DNA of 52,029 bases from a virus. Lineage: Duplodnaviria > Caudoviricetes. Both the position numbers and the translations under genes were made by a program. The notes below the pieces were generated by a model, which searched no databases, was not told the origin of the DNA, and saw only the letters and a program-made list of their open reading frames with translations. The stretch covers positions 1-52,029 of the IMG/VR virus record IMGVR_UViG_3300031953_000021, one strand, 5' to 3'. Below, piece after piece: positions 36,835 through 46,082 of this stretch (the first letter of the stretch is position 1; every line of letters starts with the position of its first letter).

Positions 36835-38465
36835 CTGATCTGATCCAAGAGGACGCACCGCCGGTCGCCGACAAAGTAATCGACTGGCTCGTTGGTGAGC
36901 CACCGTCCTACCGCCGCCGCGCACTCCGACGACACCCAGACACCGTGTCCGTAGTCGAGCAGAAAGCCCGTCAGCAGTTGGCTGAACTGTCGCCGATGGG
37001 GTTGGCACAGTCCATCGACCCCAGCTACCGCTCACGCCCGCACCTCGATCACCTCGACATCATCCTTGCCCGTGCAGTGAAACGGGTCGAGGGAGTCGAA
37101 GCGGACGAAAAGAAGGGCATCGTTGGTGTCCCCGGCGAGTCAGTGTTCATCCGTATCTCGGAGCCACCGCGCTCGGGAAAGTCGATGCTCTGCTCGATGT
37201 TCTTCCCCACGTGGGTGCTGAAGAAGCATCCGGAGTGGAAGATCGGTCTTATCTCGTACAGCGACTCGTTGGCCGCTGCGTGGGGTCGACAGGTGCGCCG
37301 GTTTGCTGAGGATGACCGGTTGGGGCTCGGGATCAAGGTCGCACATGACGCTGGTGCGGTGAAGGACTGGGAGACGACAGAGGGCGGTGGCGTGACGGCC
37401 CGGTCGGTCGGCATGGGCATCACTGGTCGAGGCTTCAAGGTGATGATCGTGGATGACGCGGTGAAGGATTACGCGGACGCTCACTCGGAGCCGAAGCGCG
37501 AGGCGTTGCGGAACTGGTGGCAGACGACAGCACGCACCCGGTTGGAGCCGCCGTCGTTGACGTTGGTGATCGGGACACGTTGGCACATGGATGACTTCAC
37601 TGGGTGGGTGGAGTCGACGGGCGACCCGTTTGAGACGGTCGAGTTCCCGGCGATTGCTGAGGAGTCGGATGTGCTAGGGCGCGAACCGGGCGACCCTTTG
37701 TTGTCGCCGCTGATCGAGGAGACACGCGAGGAGGCGTTGGCTCGTTGGCAGTCGATCCGTCGGGCGGTTGGTCCGTACTCGTGGGCGTCGTTGTACCAGC
37801 AAGACCCGTTGCCTGCTGAGGGTGCTGTGTTCGATCTGGACTGGTTCCAGTATTGGACCCGCAACCCTGATCTGGTGTCGGAGAATTGTCGCCTGTTTGA
37901 TCCGACGACGGCGAAGGGGCTGTGGGTGGACTCGTGGGATTTGGCTTCTGAGGCGAAAGAAACGGCTGACTACTCTGTTGGACAGCGGTGGGTTTTGGTC
38001 GGCCCAGATAGGTTCTTGGTGGCTCAATCCCGTAAGCAGACTGCGTTCACGGAGACGTTGGCGAAGATCAAGAAGTGGGCTGAGGCTGATTCGGAGTTGC
38101 ATACCGGGAAGCACGTGAAGTTGCGGCTGATCGAGAAGGCGGCGGTTGGTCGGGCGGTGCTGGATACGCTACAGCGGGAGGTTGCTGGGTTCGTTGGCAT
38201 TGACCCTCGGGGGTCGAAGGAGCAGCGGGCTCGTGCGATCACTCCTGAGATTGAGTCGAAGCATGTGTTTCTGCCGCATCCGTCTGAGGCTGCTTGGGTG
38301 GCTGAGTTGTTGGCGGAGTTGCAGGCGTTCCCGTCGGGTAAGCATGATGACCAAGTGGATGCGTTGTCGCAGGCGTTGGGTCGTTTGGGGGGCGAGAAGC
38401 CGAAGTCGGATACGAAGGCGGTGCCGCAGGTGATCGAGATGTCGAATCCGTGGTCGGGTGTCTAA
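36831..38465 (+). CDS. terL: Terminase large subunit
   Basis: Walker A PPRSGKS, Walker B MIVDD, GTRWH, nuclease DSWDLA and HDDQVDALSQ. Confidence 0.95.
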   Translation: MTDLIQEDAPPVADKVIDWLVGEPPSYRRRALRRHPDTVSVVEQKARQQLAELSPMGLAQSIDPSYRSRPHLDHLDIILARAVKRVEGVEADEKKGIVGVPGESVFIRISEPPRSGKSMLCSMFFPTWVLKKHPEWKIGLISYSDSLAAAWGRQVRRFAEDDRLGLGIKVAHDAGAVKDWETTEGGGVTARSVGMGITGRGFKVMIVDDAVKDYADAHSEPKREALRNWWQTTARTRLEPPSLTLVIGTRWHMDDFTGWVESTGDPFETVEFPAIAEESDVLGREPGDPLLSPLIEETREEALARWQSIRRAVGPYSWASLYQQDPLPAEGAVFDLDWFQYWTRNPDLVSENCRLFDPTTAKGLWVDSWDLASEAKETADYSVGQRWVLVGPDRFLVAQSRKQTAFTETLAKIKKWAEADSELHTGKHVKLRLIEKAAVGRAVLDTLQREVAGFVGIDPRGSKEQRARAITPEIESKHVFLPHPSEAAWVAELLAELQAFPSGKHDDQVDALSQALGRLGGEKPKSDTKAVPQVIEMSNPWSGV

Positions 38466-38539
38466 CTTGCTTGACAGGGTGTTGGGGGTTCGCTAGAGTT
38501 GGATCATCCGATACACAAACTGCTGGAAAGGCAAAGCTC
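38460..38539 (+). promoter_or_regulatory. Promoter/operator/RBS cassette G
   Basis: GTCTAACTTGC-TTGACA-N17-TAGAGT-TGGATCATCCGATAC..CTGGAAAGG. Confidence 0.9.
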
Positions 38540-38794
38540 ATGGAAATCTCGCTCAACAACTGGCCGCTCCCGAATCTCACCAGCGTCACGGTCAACGACC
38601 TGTCGCTCTGGTTCTCCTATGAAACCGTCGTCGCGTTCGTGTTCGAGGGCGACTTGGTTGTCAGCGAGAACCGTTGGGGTCCGACCACGGCAAAGCACCT
38701 GAAGTACATCGACGGTGGAGCCGCTGACGAGAAGGCTGCTCGCTTGCCCGCCGAGGCGTTCGATGCGGCTCTCGCGAAGGCGACCTCGAAGTAA
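38540..38794 (+). CDS. Hypothetical phage protein
   Basis: WFSYETVVAF..NRWGPTTAKHL..IDGG; behind cassette G. Confidence 0.7.
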   Translation: MEISLNNWPLPNLTSVTVNDLSLWFSYETVVAFVFEGDLVVSENRWGPTTAKHLKYIDGGAADEKAARLPAEAFDAALAKATSK

Positions 38795-38798
38795 GCGA

Positions 38799-38879
38799 GT
38801 CTAACTTGCTTGACACTTTGTTGGACGCTGGCTAAAGTTGAATCATCCGATACACCGAATCTGGAAAGGCTCAAAGTTC
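38799..38879 (+). promoter_or_regulatory. Promoter/operator/RBS cassette H
   Basis: GTCTAACTTGC-TTGACA-N17-TAAAGT-TGAATCATCCGATAC..CTGGAAAGG. Confidence 0.9.
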
Positions 38880-39529
38880 ATGGACATTCTCACCGCCGGA
38901 ACCGTCGTCACCACTGGCGCGATCTTCAAGAAGCGCACCGCGACAGTGATTCGTGGAAACGAAGCAGACGAGTGGAACCCCGCCGGTGGTGGCCCCGTCG
39001 ACATCCAGTTCATCCCTGCCCGTCGCGGGTTCCCGCTCACCGACGTAATCACGATGGACCCCCGCGACCTGATCGTCGCCTAACCCTCTCGTTCTCTGGA
39101 AAGGAACCCAATGTTCAAGTTCACCCGTACCGACAAAGGCGTGATTCGCGCCGTCATCATTTCAATCGAGATTGACCTAGAGCAAGGCAAGCTCGGTCAG
39201 CTTTCATTCGAGCAAGTCCAGTCCAACATCACCGCCCGCCTCGCCAGCCTGAAGGCTGCAACCGAGGAGCGGGACCGTTGACCGTCACTGAAGTCGAGCA
39301 CGACTGCATCACCTACGAAGGTGGGTGGAAGCGTGTTCGCGTCCCCGGCCTCGCCCTGATCGGCGGGACCAAGATCGTCGCCCCGTGTGGGTGCGAGTGG
39401 TCGCTCAAAGCGGACATCACGAAGTTGTCTGCGAACTGCAAGCGGAAGTCGTTTGCGGAGTCGGGGCACCAGTTCAAGACTGCCGTGGTGGAGTTCATGC
39501 GGGCAGAGCGTCAGGTGGTGGCGAAGTGA
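38880..39529 (+). other. Small hypothetical genes: 38880-39083, 39111-39281, 39278-39529
   Basis: CTGGAAAGG RBSs at 38861 and 39096; TTGA coupling. Confidence 0.6.
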
Positions 39530-40035
39530 GCGACATCAACTACGTGGAGCAGGCTCGGCTTGCTCACCCCGGCGGGCTCGATTGGCTGTTCAATGACGGC
39601 GGACGGAAAGCCGCAGGGTTCAAGGGATACGCCGGAGATTGCGTCACACGGGCTTTATCCATCGCCGTTGGACTCGACTACGGGGAACTGTATAAAAAGC
39701 TCTCAGAAGGCAACAGGGCGTTCTGGGCGAAGAAGTCTGACCGGGCCAAGAGTCCGGAGCGAGCGACTGCTTATGCGAGACGTGCGAAGCGGACGGCACG
39801 CGAGGGCATCCGTGACGAGGTGTTCACGCCGGTGTTGCTTGAGGCCGGGTGGCGTCAGGTGAAGTTGCCACAGGGGAGTCGGTTGTCTGATCTGCCGACG
39901 GACCAGATGATCGTGGTGTCGTTGCGGAAGCATTTGGTGGCGGTCGATTGTGGGTTGATCCTCGATACGTTCGACTCGTCGTTGGGGTATAACCGGTTGG
40001 CGTTCAACTACTGGGAGAAGGCAGATCGTGGCTGA
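39526..40035 (+). CDS. Hypothetical protein with possible Cys-His-Asp (papain-like) triad
   Basis: NDGGR..AGDCVTRALSIA..KHLVAVDCG..DTFD. Confidence 0.55.
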   Translation: MSDINYVEQARLAHPGGLDWLFNDGGRKAAGFKGYAGDCVTRALSIAVGLDYGELYKKLSEGNRAFWAKKSDRAKSPERATAYARRAKRTAREGIRDEVFTPVLLEAGWRQVKLPQGSRLSDLPTDQMIVVSLRKHLVAVDCGLILDTFDSSLGYNRLAFNYWEKADRG

Positions 40036-40299
40036 CGACATGGAGGCTGCTCCCTATCAGGTGTACGTGTTCGATTGCCCGAGTTGTGGCGGTCAGACGA
40101 TGATCGGTGACGTCGACCCGTCGGACGCGGAGGACTGCGACGATTGTGGCGAGTCCGTGAGGATGACGACATGACGGTCGAGGAGTTGGTTGCTCAGGGG
40201 TACTCGCGAGAGGCTGCTGAGCGTGTGGCTGCTTCGCTGGCTGAGTTGCCGCCGGATGACGACATCGAGGAGTTGCGGTTCATGCGGGAGTTCGGCTGA
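40028..40299 (+). other. Two tiny genes: 40028-40174 (CxxC..CxxC) and 40171-40299
   Basis: Read manually; coupled overlaps. Confidence 0.5.
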
Positions 40300-40306
40300 A
40301 CCGATT

Positions 40307-40380
40307 GTCTAACCAGCTTGACACTTTGTGAGACGTTCGCTAAAGTTGGATTATACGAAACATCCCCGGAAAGGAACCCA
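40307..40380 (+). promoter_or_regulatory. Promoter/operator/RBS cassette I
   Basis: GTCTAACCAGC-TTGACA-N17-TAAAGT..GGAAAGGAACC; 38 bp identical to cassette C. Confidence 0.9.
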
Positions 40381-40739
40381 ATGCCTAACCCCGATCGCCT
40401 CATCGCATTCGCAGACTTCGAGCGTTACATCATCGAAGAGAACGACACCCCCGTTCAAGACCAGCCCGAAATCGTCGCCGACATCAAGAAGGCCCACGAG
40501 CTAGTCGGCAAAGACTGGGCGACCGAGGACGAGTGGATTCTCGCTATCAGCAAGGTGTGGAAGCGATGACCGGCACAGTCGTTCACACGATTCCCGTGAA
40601 GGGGGTGGTCGGCCTGCGTGAAGAGGTCGTCCGCCCGCTCGAAGTCGTCGGGGCCAAGACTCGGGTTTCGTTCATTCGCAACGGTCGCGTGTCGATGAAG
40701 TGGGTCAAGACTGACCGGATCAGCACCCGTGCCCGCTAA
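40381..40739 (+). other. Small genes 40381-40569 and 40566-40739
   Basis: Behind cassette I; ATGA coupling. Confidence 0.6.
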
Positions 40740-40746
40740 ACAATTT

Positions 40747-40821
40747 GTCTAACTTGCTTGACACTCTGGTCAGCGTCGATTAGAGTTGACTTATACGATC
40801 CACCAAGGAAAGGACTTGATC
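40747..40821 (+). promoter_or_regulatory. Promoter cassette J with two operators
   Basis: GTCTAACTTGC-TTGACA-N17-TAGAGT; second palindrome GTCGATTAGAGTTGAC 40775-40790; GGAAAGGA RBS. Confidence 0.85.
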
Positions 40822-41765
40822 GTGAAGAACCCGCAGACCCGCCCCACCGTCCTCGACATCGAGTCGGACGCCGCCAGCTTCGACCTCCTCGACCCGTTCA
40901 ACCGGGTGTTCTGGAAGGACATGCCGAAGGACCGTGCGATTGACGCGGCGAACCAGATGGGCTCTCAGTACCGTCTGATCGAAGCCACTGGCCTCGACTA
41001 CAACGCGAAGGTTGTGGCCTGATGCCCCGGTGCGGAATCCCCGTCACGATTGACGGTGTGATCATGGCCCGGTTCGTTCTCGAAACGGACGCGGAGTTCT
41101 TCGCGAAGTCGTTCTCCGAGAAGTTCCAGAAGCGTGTGACCGTGGACTTCGATAAGAACCAGTCCCCCCGCGTTTACGAGGATGGACGAGAGGCTTTCTA
41201 ATGGGCAAATACATCATCGTGGGAAAGCCGGACATGGGCGAGTTCTACACGTTCAGAGAGGCAACACACTGGGCCTCTTGGATATTCAAGATCACTAAGA
41301 CTCGCTACCGGGTGGTGCCGAAATGACGTTCCCGTCCGTAGTGATCGGGAACACATCCCGAGTCGGTGGAGTTCACGCCGTGCGTCTCTCGACCATGAGA
41401 GCCGATGGTTTCGCGCAAGCGATCTGCCGGTCGAACGTGTGGGCACTTGTGGATCATCGAGACGAGTTGCCGATCCCGGCGACTGCTGACGGAGTGTGGG
41501 GGGATCGCCCGTCATGCTTGGGCTGCGCCCGCAAGTTGGACCGCGAGGTGACGTCGTGAAGCGTTGGCCGAACGGGGCGTTGTCTCGCCTAGCCAAGATC
41601 GTCCCCACTGAGGGGCGACCGAAACCCTGCAAGTCGCCGGTCGGCATCTACCTGAACGCCGACGGTAGCTGGTACGCCTTTCACTTTCACGGTGGCGGGC
41701 ATGGCGGGTTGAAGCATCCAGTAACGCCGGAGCAAGTCCGGTTCTTAGACATCGAGGAGAAGTAA
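40822..41765 (+). other. Small genes 40822-41022, 41022-41201, 41201-41326, 41323-41559, 41556-41765
   Basis: Chain of 1-bp and 4-bp start/stop overlaps. Confidence 0.55.
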
Positions 41766-42446
41766 ATGCGTAACGTTGAACCAGTCCACTCAGAGCCCGG
41801 AGGCCACGGCAGCGAAGGCACTCGACAGACTCACCCGTCGTTCGCGGTAGTGTCCGTGACTCGGGGGCAGGGATCACCTCGTGCGTTGTTCCAGTCGGAC
41901 CTTCAGCACAACCAGTCGATCACCTTGCAAGTGTCGACGGCGGAGCGTGTGCGTGACCTCAACCACGACTGGGTTCACCCCCGAACGTCGTTGGTCGAAG
42001 TCGAAATGTCGTTGGCCCAGTGGGGTGCGCTCGTCTCGTCGGTTGGCATCGGCTCAGGTGTCCCGGTGACGTTGCGGTCGACTGCGACAGATCACCAGAT
42101 TCCGTCGTTGCCTTATGAGCCGCGCATTGCGGAGTCGATCCGTGAGACGCGGACGACGGTGACTGATCTTGTGGGCGAGATTGCGAACACGTTGGCTGCA
42201 CTGGAAGAAGCGATTGAGTCGAAGTCGGGGGTCAAGGTGATTCGGGAACGGCTGCGTGCGTTGCGGGCGAGAGTCGACAATGCTCCCGGCAATGCGGAGT
42301 ACGCGGTGAAGTCGGTTCAGCGGGCGACCGAGGAGGTTGTTGCTCAGGCGCGATCTGACATCGAGTCGCAGATGTTGTCGGCTCGTGGGTTGGTGGATGG
42401 TCCGGTGTCGATTGAGACGCCCAAGTTCGAGGAGTTGGAATCGTGA
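41766..42446 (+). CDS. Hypothetical phage protein with C-terminal coiled coil
   Basis: HPSFA..LFQSDLQH..EVEMSLAQW..GSGVPVTL; GAGGAG RBS. Confidence 0.75.
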   Translation: MRNVEPVHSEPGGHGSEGTRQTHPSFAVVSVTRGQGSPRALFQSDLQHNQSITLQVSTAERVRDLNHDWVHPRTSLVEVEMSLAQWGALVSSVGIGSGVPVTLRSTATDHQIPSLPYEPRIAESIRETRTTVTDLVGEIANTLAALEEAIESKSGVKVIRERLRALRARVDNAPGNAEYAVKSVQRATEEVVAQARSDIESQMLSARGLVDGPVSIETPKFEELES

Positions 42447-42688
42447 GCATGGGTGATTGGGATGACCACGAAGCGAACGTGGGGCCGGGTCGGGACTCGA
42501 CTCGATACACCAAGTGCCGGTACTGCTCCCAGCGGCTCCCGCTCCGAGAGATTGCGGAGCACGCCCGGACGAAGCACCCGGTCGAGAGTCTGCGGTTCAC
42601 GAACTGTTGGCACTGCAAAGAGAAGTTTCCCCTGAACGCTATTCGGGAGCACGCGAGTGTGTGCGCCGGGAAAGGAACGGCAGCATGA
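42443..42688 (+). CDS. Tandem Zn-finger protein
   Basis: CRYC-x10-H-x4-H and CWHC-x10-H-x3-C. Confidence 0.6.
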   Translation: MSMGDWDDHEANVGPGRDSTRYTKCRYCSQRLPLREIAEHARTKHPVESLRFTNCWHCKEKFPLNAIREHASVCAGKGTAA

Positions 42689-43247
42689 GCATGTCGACGG
42701 AAGGGCTGGTGGAGTTTACTGCTCGCCAGCGGAATCTGACCGACGAGGAGTTGGTCGTCAAGATCAGGTTGTCGACGGAGTTGCACGAGGGTGCGGTCTT
42801 GTATCCGACGATGCAGGAGTACGCGGCTGATCTGCGACAGACGTTGAAAGTGCTGGACTCGATCCTCACTGAGCGAGGGTTGCCGTGGCCGGAAGGAGTC
42901 CGACGGTGAGTCAGGACGAAGCGTTCACGGTGGTTGTGACTCTGGTGGCTGTGTTGTCTGCGGCCTTGGCTGTTGGATTCGTGCTGACCTCCCGGTTGAA
43001 CCGTGAGCCCACGCGACAGCAGGAGCGGTACTGGAAGAGTCTGCATAATCCTGACTGGCCGAAGGAGCGGGTGGATGCTGTGCTCTCTGATCTGCCGCCC
43101 GGTTGGTTGTTGGTGGACACGATGGTGATGGACCCGCGAGGGCGCATTCGTGCGTGGTCGTTCGATCACGACCGTGAGTTCTTGGCTCAGTACGTCGAGG
43201 GGCACCGGATTGCGGCTGGCATGGAACCGATTGGCAAACCTGCTTGA
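42685..43247 (+). other. Genes 42685-42909 and 42906-43247 (N-terminal TM)
   Basis: GGAAAGGAAC and AAGGAG RBSs. Confidence 0.6.
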
Positions 43248-43309
43248 CACTCTCGCCGGGGCTGGCTAAAGTTGAATCATCCGATACAACCTCTGGAAAG
43301 GTACCGATC
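43233..43309 (+). promoter_or_regulatory. Promoter/RBS cassette K
   Basis: TTGACA-N17-TAAAGT-TGAATCATCCGATACAACCTCTGGAAAGGTACC (downstream part identical to cassette C). Confidence 0.9.
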
Positions 43310-43504
43310 ATGGCCGCACAATTTACTTCCACCGTCACCCCGCTCGAAGGCGAAGGGTGGAATGACCTTCACTGTTACGGATGCGGCCAGCCGTGGTCCG
43401 CAGAAACCGTCCGCCTGAAGCGACTCGCCAATGGTCCGGACTCGACAGACGAAATCGTTGACCAGTTGAACGCTTCTGGCATCGAGCACGACGCCTGCTT
43501 CTAA
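43310..43504 (+). CDS. Small hypothetical protein
   Basis: Behind cassette K. Confidence 0.6.
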   Translation: MAAQFTSTVTPLEGEGWNDLHCYGCGQPWSAETVRLKRLANGPDSTDEIVDQLNASGIEHDACF

Positions 43505-43533
43505 CCTCTCAACCGTTCTGGAAAGGACAAACA

Positions 43534-44190
43534 ATGCCTAGTCTCACAATGCCGCTCAAAGACGCGATCCTTGCGTCGAAGGGGCTGCTCAATCATGTGT
43601 CAAAGGATGACCTCACTCCCGTCATCATGTGTGCCGCCGTTCTCGAATACGAGGGCAAGAAGTACCTAGTCGGCACCGACCGATATTCGTACGGTCGCTT
43701 CGAGTTGACCGACGCCGACGAGGTGAACACCGCGTACGGTCAGATGATCCCGACAGACGCACTGGTGTGGGTCAGCAAGATTATCGCGAAGGGGCTCCGG
43801 CGCGGGCTCGCCTTAGATTCGCCCAAGGTCGTTTACTCGATCCAGTACACGTGGACGAAGAATCACGATAATCCGAACTCCGAGTTGGAGGTTGTGATCT
43901 TGTTTGAGGGGAAGCCAGAGCGCTCGCAGACGTTCGACGTCGGCTCGGGCCTGTACCCGCCGATCGTTCGGTTGTGGCGTCAGGACGACTACCCGTCAGT
44001 GCCCGCCGTGAAGGTGAAGCTTGCCCACCAGTCGCTTATTAAGATCGCTGCCGACCTCGCGTTGTTCTCGGGCAAGGATGGTTTCGTTGACATGAACTTC
44101 GACGCGAAGGACGGCAAGCATGGGCCGATCCAGTACGCACTCGGAACACGTTGGACGGCGGCTGTCCAGCCCGGATTGTTGGGTAAGTGA
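43534..44190 (+). CDS. DNA polymerase III beta-clamp-like protein (partial, about 2 domains)
   Basis: VSKDDLTPVI..LVGTDRY..GLYPPIVRL resembles the DnaN AxSxDxxRPxL..ATDxxRL..GxYP pattern. Confidence 0.6.
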   Translation: MPSLTMPLKDAILASKGLLNHVSKDDLTPVIMCAAVLEYEGKKYLVGTDRYSYGRFELTDADEVNTAYGQMIPTDALVWVSKIIAKGLRRGLALDSPKVVYSIQYTWTKNHDNPNSELEVVILFEGKPERSQTFDVGSGLYPPIVRLWRQDDYPSVPAVKVKLAHQSLIKIAADLALFSGKDGFVDMNFDAKDGKHGPIQYALGTRWTAAVQPGLLGK

Positions 44191-44191
44191 C

Positions 44192-44395
44192 ATGACAATA
44201 CCTGTCGAATATTCTGTGGCCGGAGAAAGCGAGAGAGGCTTGCCGCTCAGTCTCCCCGATTCTTTGCAGGTCGAGTACCAGCGTGACCTTGACGACTGGA
44301 CCAAGATGGTTGAGTCGTGGGGCAACGTGATGACATGGCGCGACGAGCAGAGCTTCAAGCGTGGCTGGTTGGTCGGACGCGGGGTGAAGCCATGA
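44192..44395 (+). CDS. Hypothetical protein
   Basis: Operon packing. Confidence 0.5.
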   Translation: MTIPVEYSVAGESERGLPLSLPDSLQVEYQRDLDDWTKMVESWGNVMTWRDEQSFKRGWLVGRGVKP

Positions 44396-45105
44396 CGTCA
44401 CCGACCGCCGGGAAAACCGACCGACCGGAAACCCGTCGGTCTACAGAACACAATCCAGAACACTATTCCGCACCTAGCGGTGCGGGGAGCTTGATCGCTC
44501 CCATGCGTTCAATCTCGATCCGACAGCCGTGGGCGTGGGCGATTGTTCACGGTCGGAAGGATGTCGAGAACCGTCGGTTTGGCACACGCCTCGGCCCCGT
44601 TGCGATCCATGCGTCTTTGACGTTCGACCCCTCGGGACCGGAGTTCGCTGCGATGAGAGAAGCGTGGGTGAAGCTGGGGATGCGAGAGTTCCCCCGTGTG
44701 GTCGGCCCGATGCGACAGGGTGAACCGCACTTGCAGGTTGGAGCGATTATCGGGGTGGTCGACATCGTTGATGTTCACTTGGTGAGTCCGACGTTCGGTT
44801 GCTATCACGAGGTCGACATGCTCGGGTGGATGCCGCTCGATGGGTCGGATGCTTCAGCGCCGGGGTGGGAGCCACGTTTCTGTTCTCCGTGGGGCGAGGT
44901 GCCGGATCGTCCGGCGGTTGGGGCGGAGCGTGCGTTGCGTCATCATGTGTTGGCGAACCCTCGACCTCTTGCTAATCCGATTCCGTTTCGTGGGCACCTC
45001 GGAGTTCGACAGTTGCCGGATGGGGTGGAGGAGGCTGTGCGGGTGCAGGTCGCAGGCTATCAGTCAACTCGGCTTGACATCGAAGTCAACCGTTCGCTAG
45101 AGTAG
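44392..45105 (+). CDS. ASCH-domain protein (true start may be 44503)
   Basis: MRSISIRQPWAWAIVHGRKDVENR..VAIHAS..GAIIGVVDIVD..P.PFRGHLG. Confidence 0.8.
   Translation: MTSPTAGKTDRPETRRSTEHNPEHYSAPSGAGSLIAPMRSISIRQPWAWAIVHGRKDVENRRFGTRLGPVAIHASLTFDPSGPEFAAMREAWVKLGMREFPRVVGPMRQGEPHLQVGAIIGVVDIVDVHLVSPTFGCYHEVDMLGWMPLDGSDASAPGWEPRFCSPWGEVPDRPAVGAERALRHHVLANPRPLANPIPFRGHLGVRQLPDGVEEAVRVQVAGYQSTRLDIEVNRSLE
44400..44470. repeat. Second copy of the rep iteron/origin sequence
   Basis: Three 16-bp units ACCGACCGCCGGGAAA/ACCGACCGACCGGAAA/CCCGTCGGTCTACAGA plus 21 bp identical to 18327-18347. Confidence 0.85.
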
Positions 45106-45141
45106 GATCATCCGATACACCACCTCTGGAAAGGTCACACA
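45063..45141 (+). promoter_or_regulatory. Promoter/operator/RBS cassette L
   Basis: GTCAACTCGGC-TTGACA-N18-TAGAGT-AGGATCATCCGATAC..CTCTGGAAAGG. Confidence 0.9.
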
Positions 45142-45693
45142 ATGAAAAAGCAAGACATCGTAATCGGCACCGAGTACAACGTAAAGTACAGCGGCAAGGC
45201 CGTCGTCATCCTCGAAATCGGGGGCTACGAAAACAGCCACGGCTTCTCCCCCGCCGATCGTTGCACGGTGCGGAAAGCTCAGGCCAAGACCGGCTACCGA
45301 TACACCGGGACCAAAATAAAGTCCGACCACCTCGCAATTCGCATCGACACTTCTGACCCTGTGTTGATCGAGCGGGCCAAGGGCTACACCGCTGAGGACT
45401 TCAACAACGGCATCCCGACACCTGAAGGCGCATGGTTGCTCTCGGTTCGGAGTGGCGAGATTGAGGGCTTGTGGGCTGACGAACTCGTGAACATCGAACA
45501 CCGTCGAGTCGTGGCCGAAGCAACAGCCAAGCGTTCGGCCTACCGCAAGAACGTTCAGATTCCCCAAGTCAAGTCGCAGGCTGAACGCCTCGGCCTGAAC
45601 CTCGGCTACATCAGCGATTACGACACGAAGGTCGAAATGTCGTTTCAGCAATTCCTCGACCTCGCCGCACGCATCGAAACAGAGGCGAAGTGA
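45142..45693 (+). CDS. Hypothetical protein
   Basis: Behind cassette L. Confidence 0.7.
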   Translation: MKKQDIVIGTEYNVKYSGKAVVILEIGGYENSHGFSPADRCTVRKAQAKTGYRYTGTKIKSDHLAIRIDTSDPVLIERAKGYTAEDFNNGIPTPEGAWLLSVRSGEIEGLWADELVNIEHRRVVAEATAKRSAYRKNVQIPQVKSQAERLGLNLGYISDYDTKVEMSFQQFLDLAARIETEAK

Positions 45694-46082
45694 TGACCGG
45701 GCTCAACATCGACATGGAGTCGCGGAAGTATCACGACGCGCTCAACATCGAAGCGAACAAGTACACGTCGAGCCTGCCTTATGACGGCTCGGCTCAGGCC
45801 ATAGCGGTCAAGTCAGCGTTCATGGTCGGGGCGAATACTGCCAACCAGTTCGAGGGGGCGGCTCGTCTGACGGCGGCTCTCCGTGCCGGTCGGGTGTGGG
45901 CGCTGGACGATGACAAAGACACTCTCACGAGCGAGGAGTGGGAGCGCTTGTACCGGTTGGCGTCGAAGCATGATGCGGAGGCGGCGAAGCGTTTGCCGAT
46001 GTCGGAGTGGGGCGAGGCCCGTCGTGACCTGATGACCCCGCAGACGATCGCGGAGAACGCCCGGTTGCATCGTGCACGTTAG
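45690..46082 (+). CDS. Hypothetical protein
   Basis: GTGA coupling; GAGG RBS. Confidence 0.6.
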   Translation: MMTGLNIDMESRKYHDALNIEANKYTSSLPYDGSAQAIAVKSAFMVGANTANQFEGAARLTAALRAGRVWALDDDKDTLTSEEWERLYRLASKHDAEAAKRLPMSEWGEARRDLMTPQTIAENARLHRAR

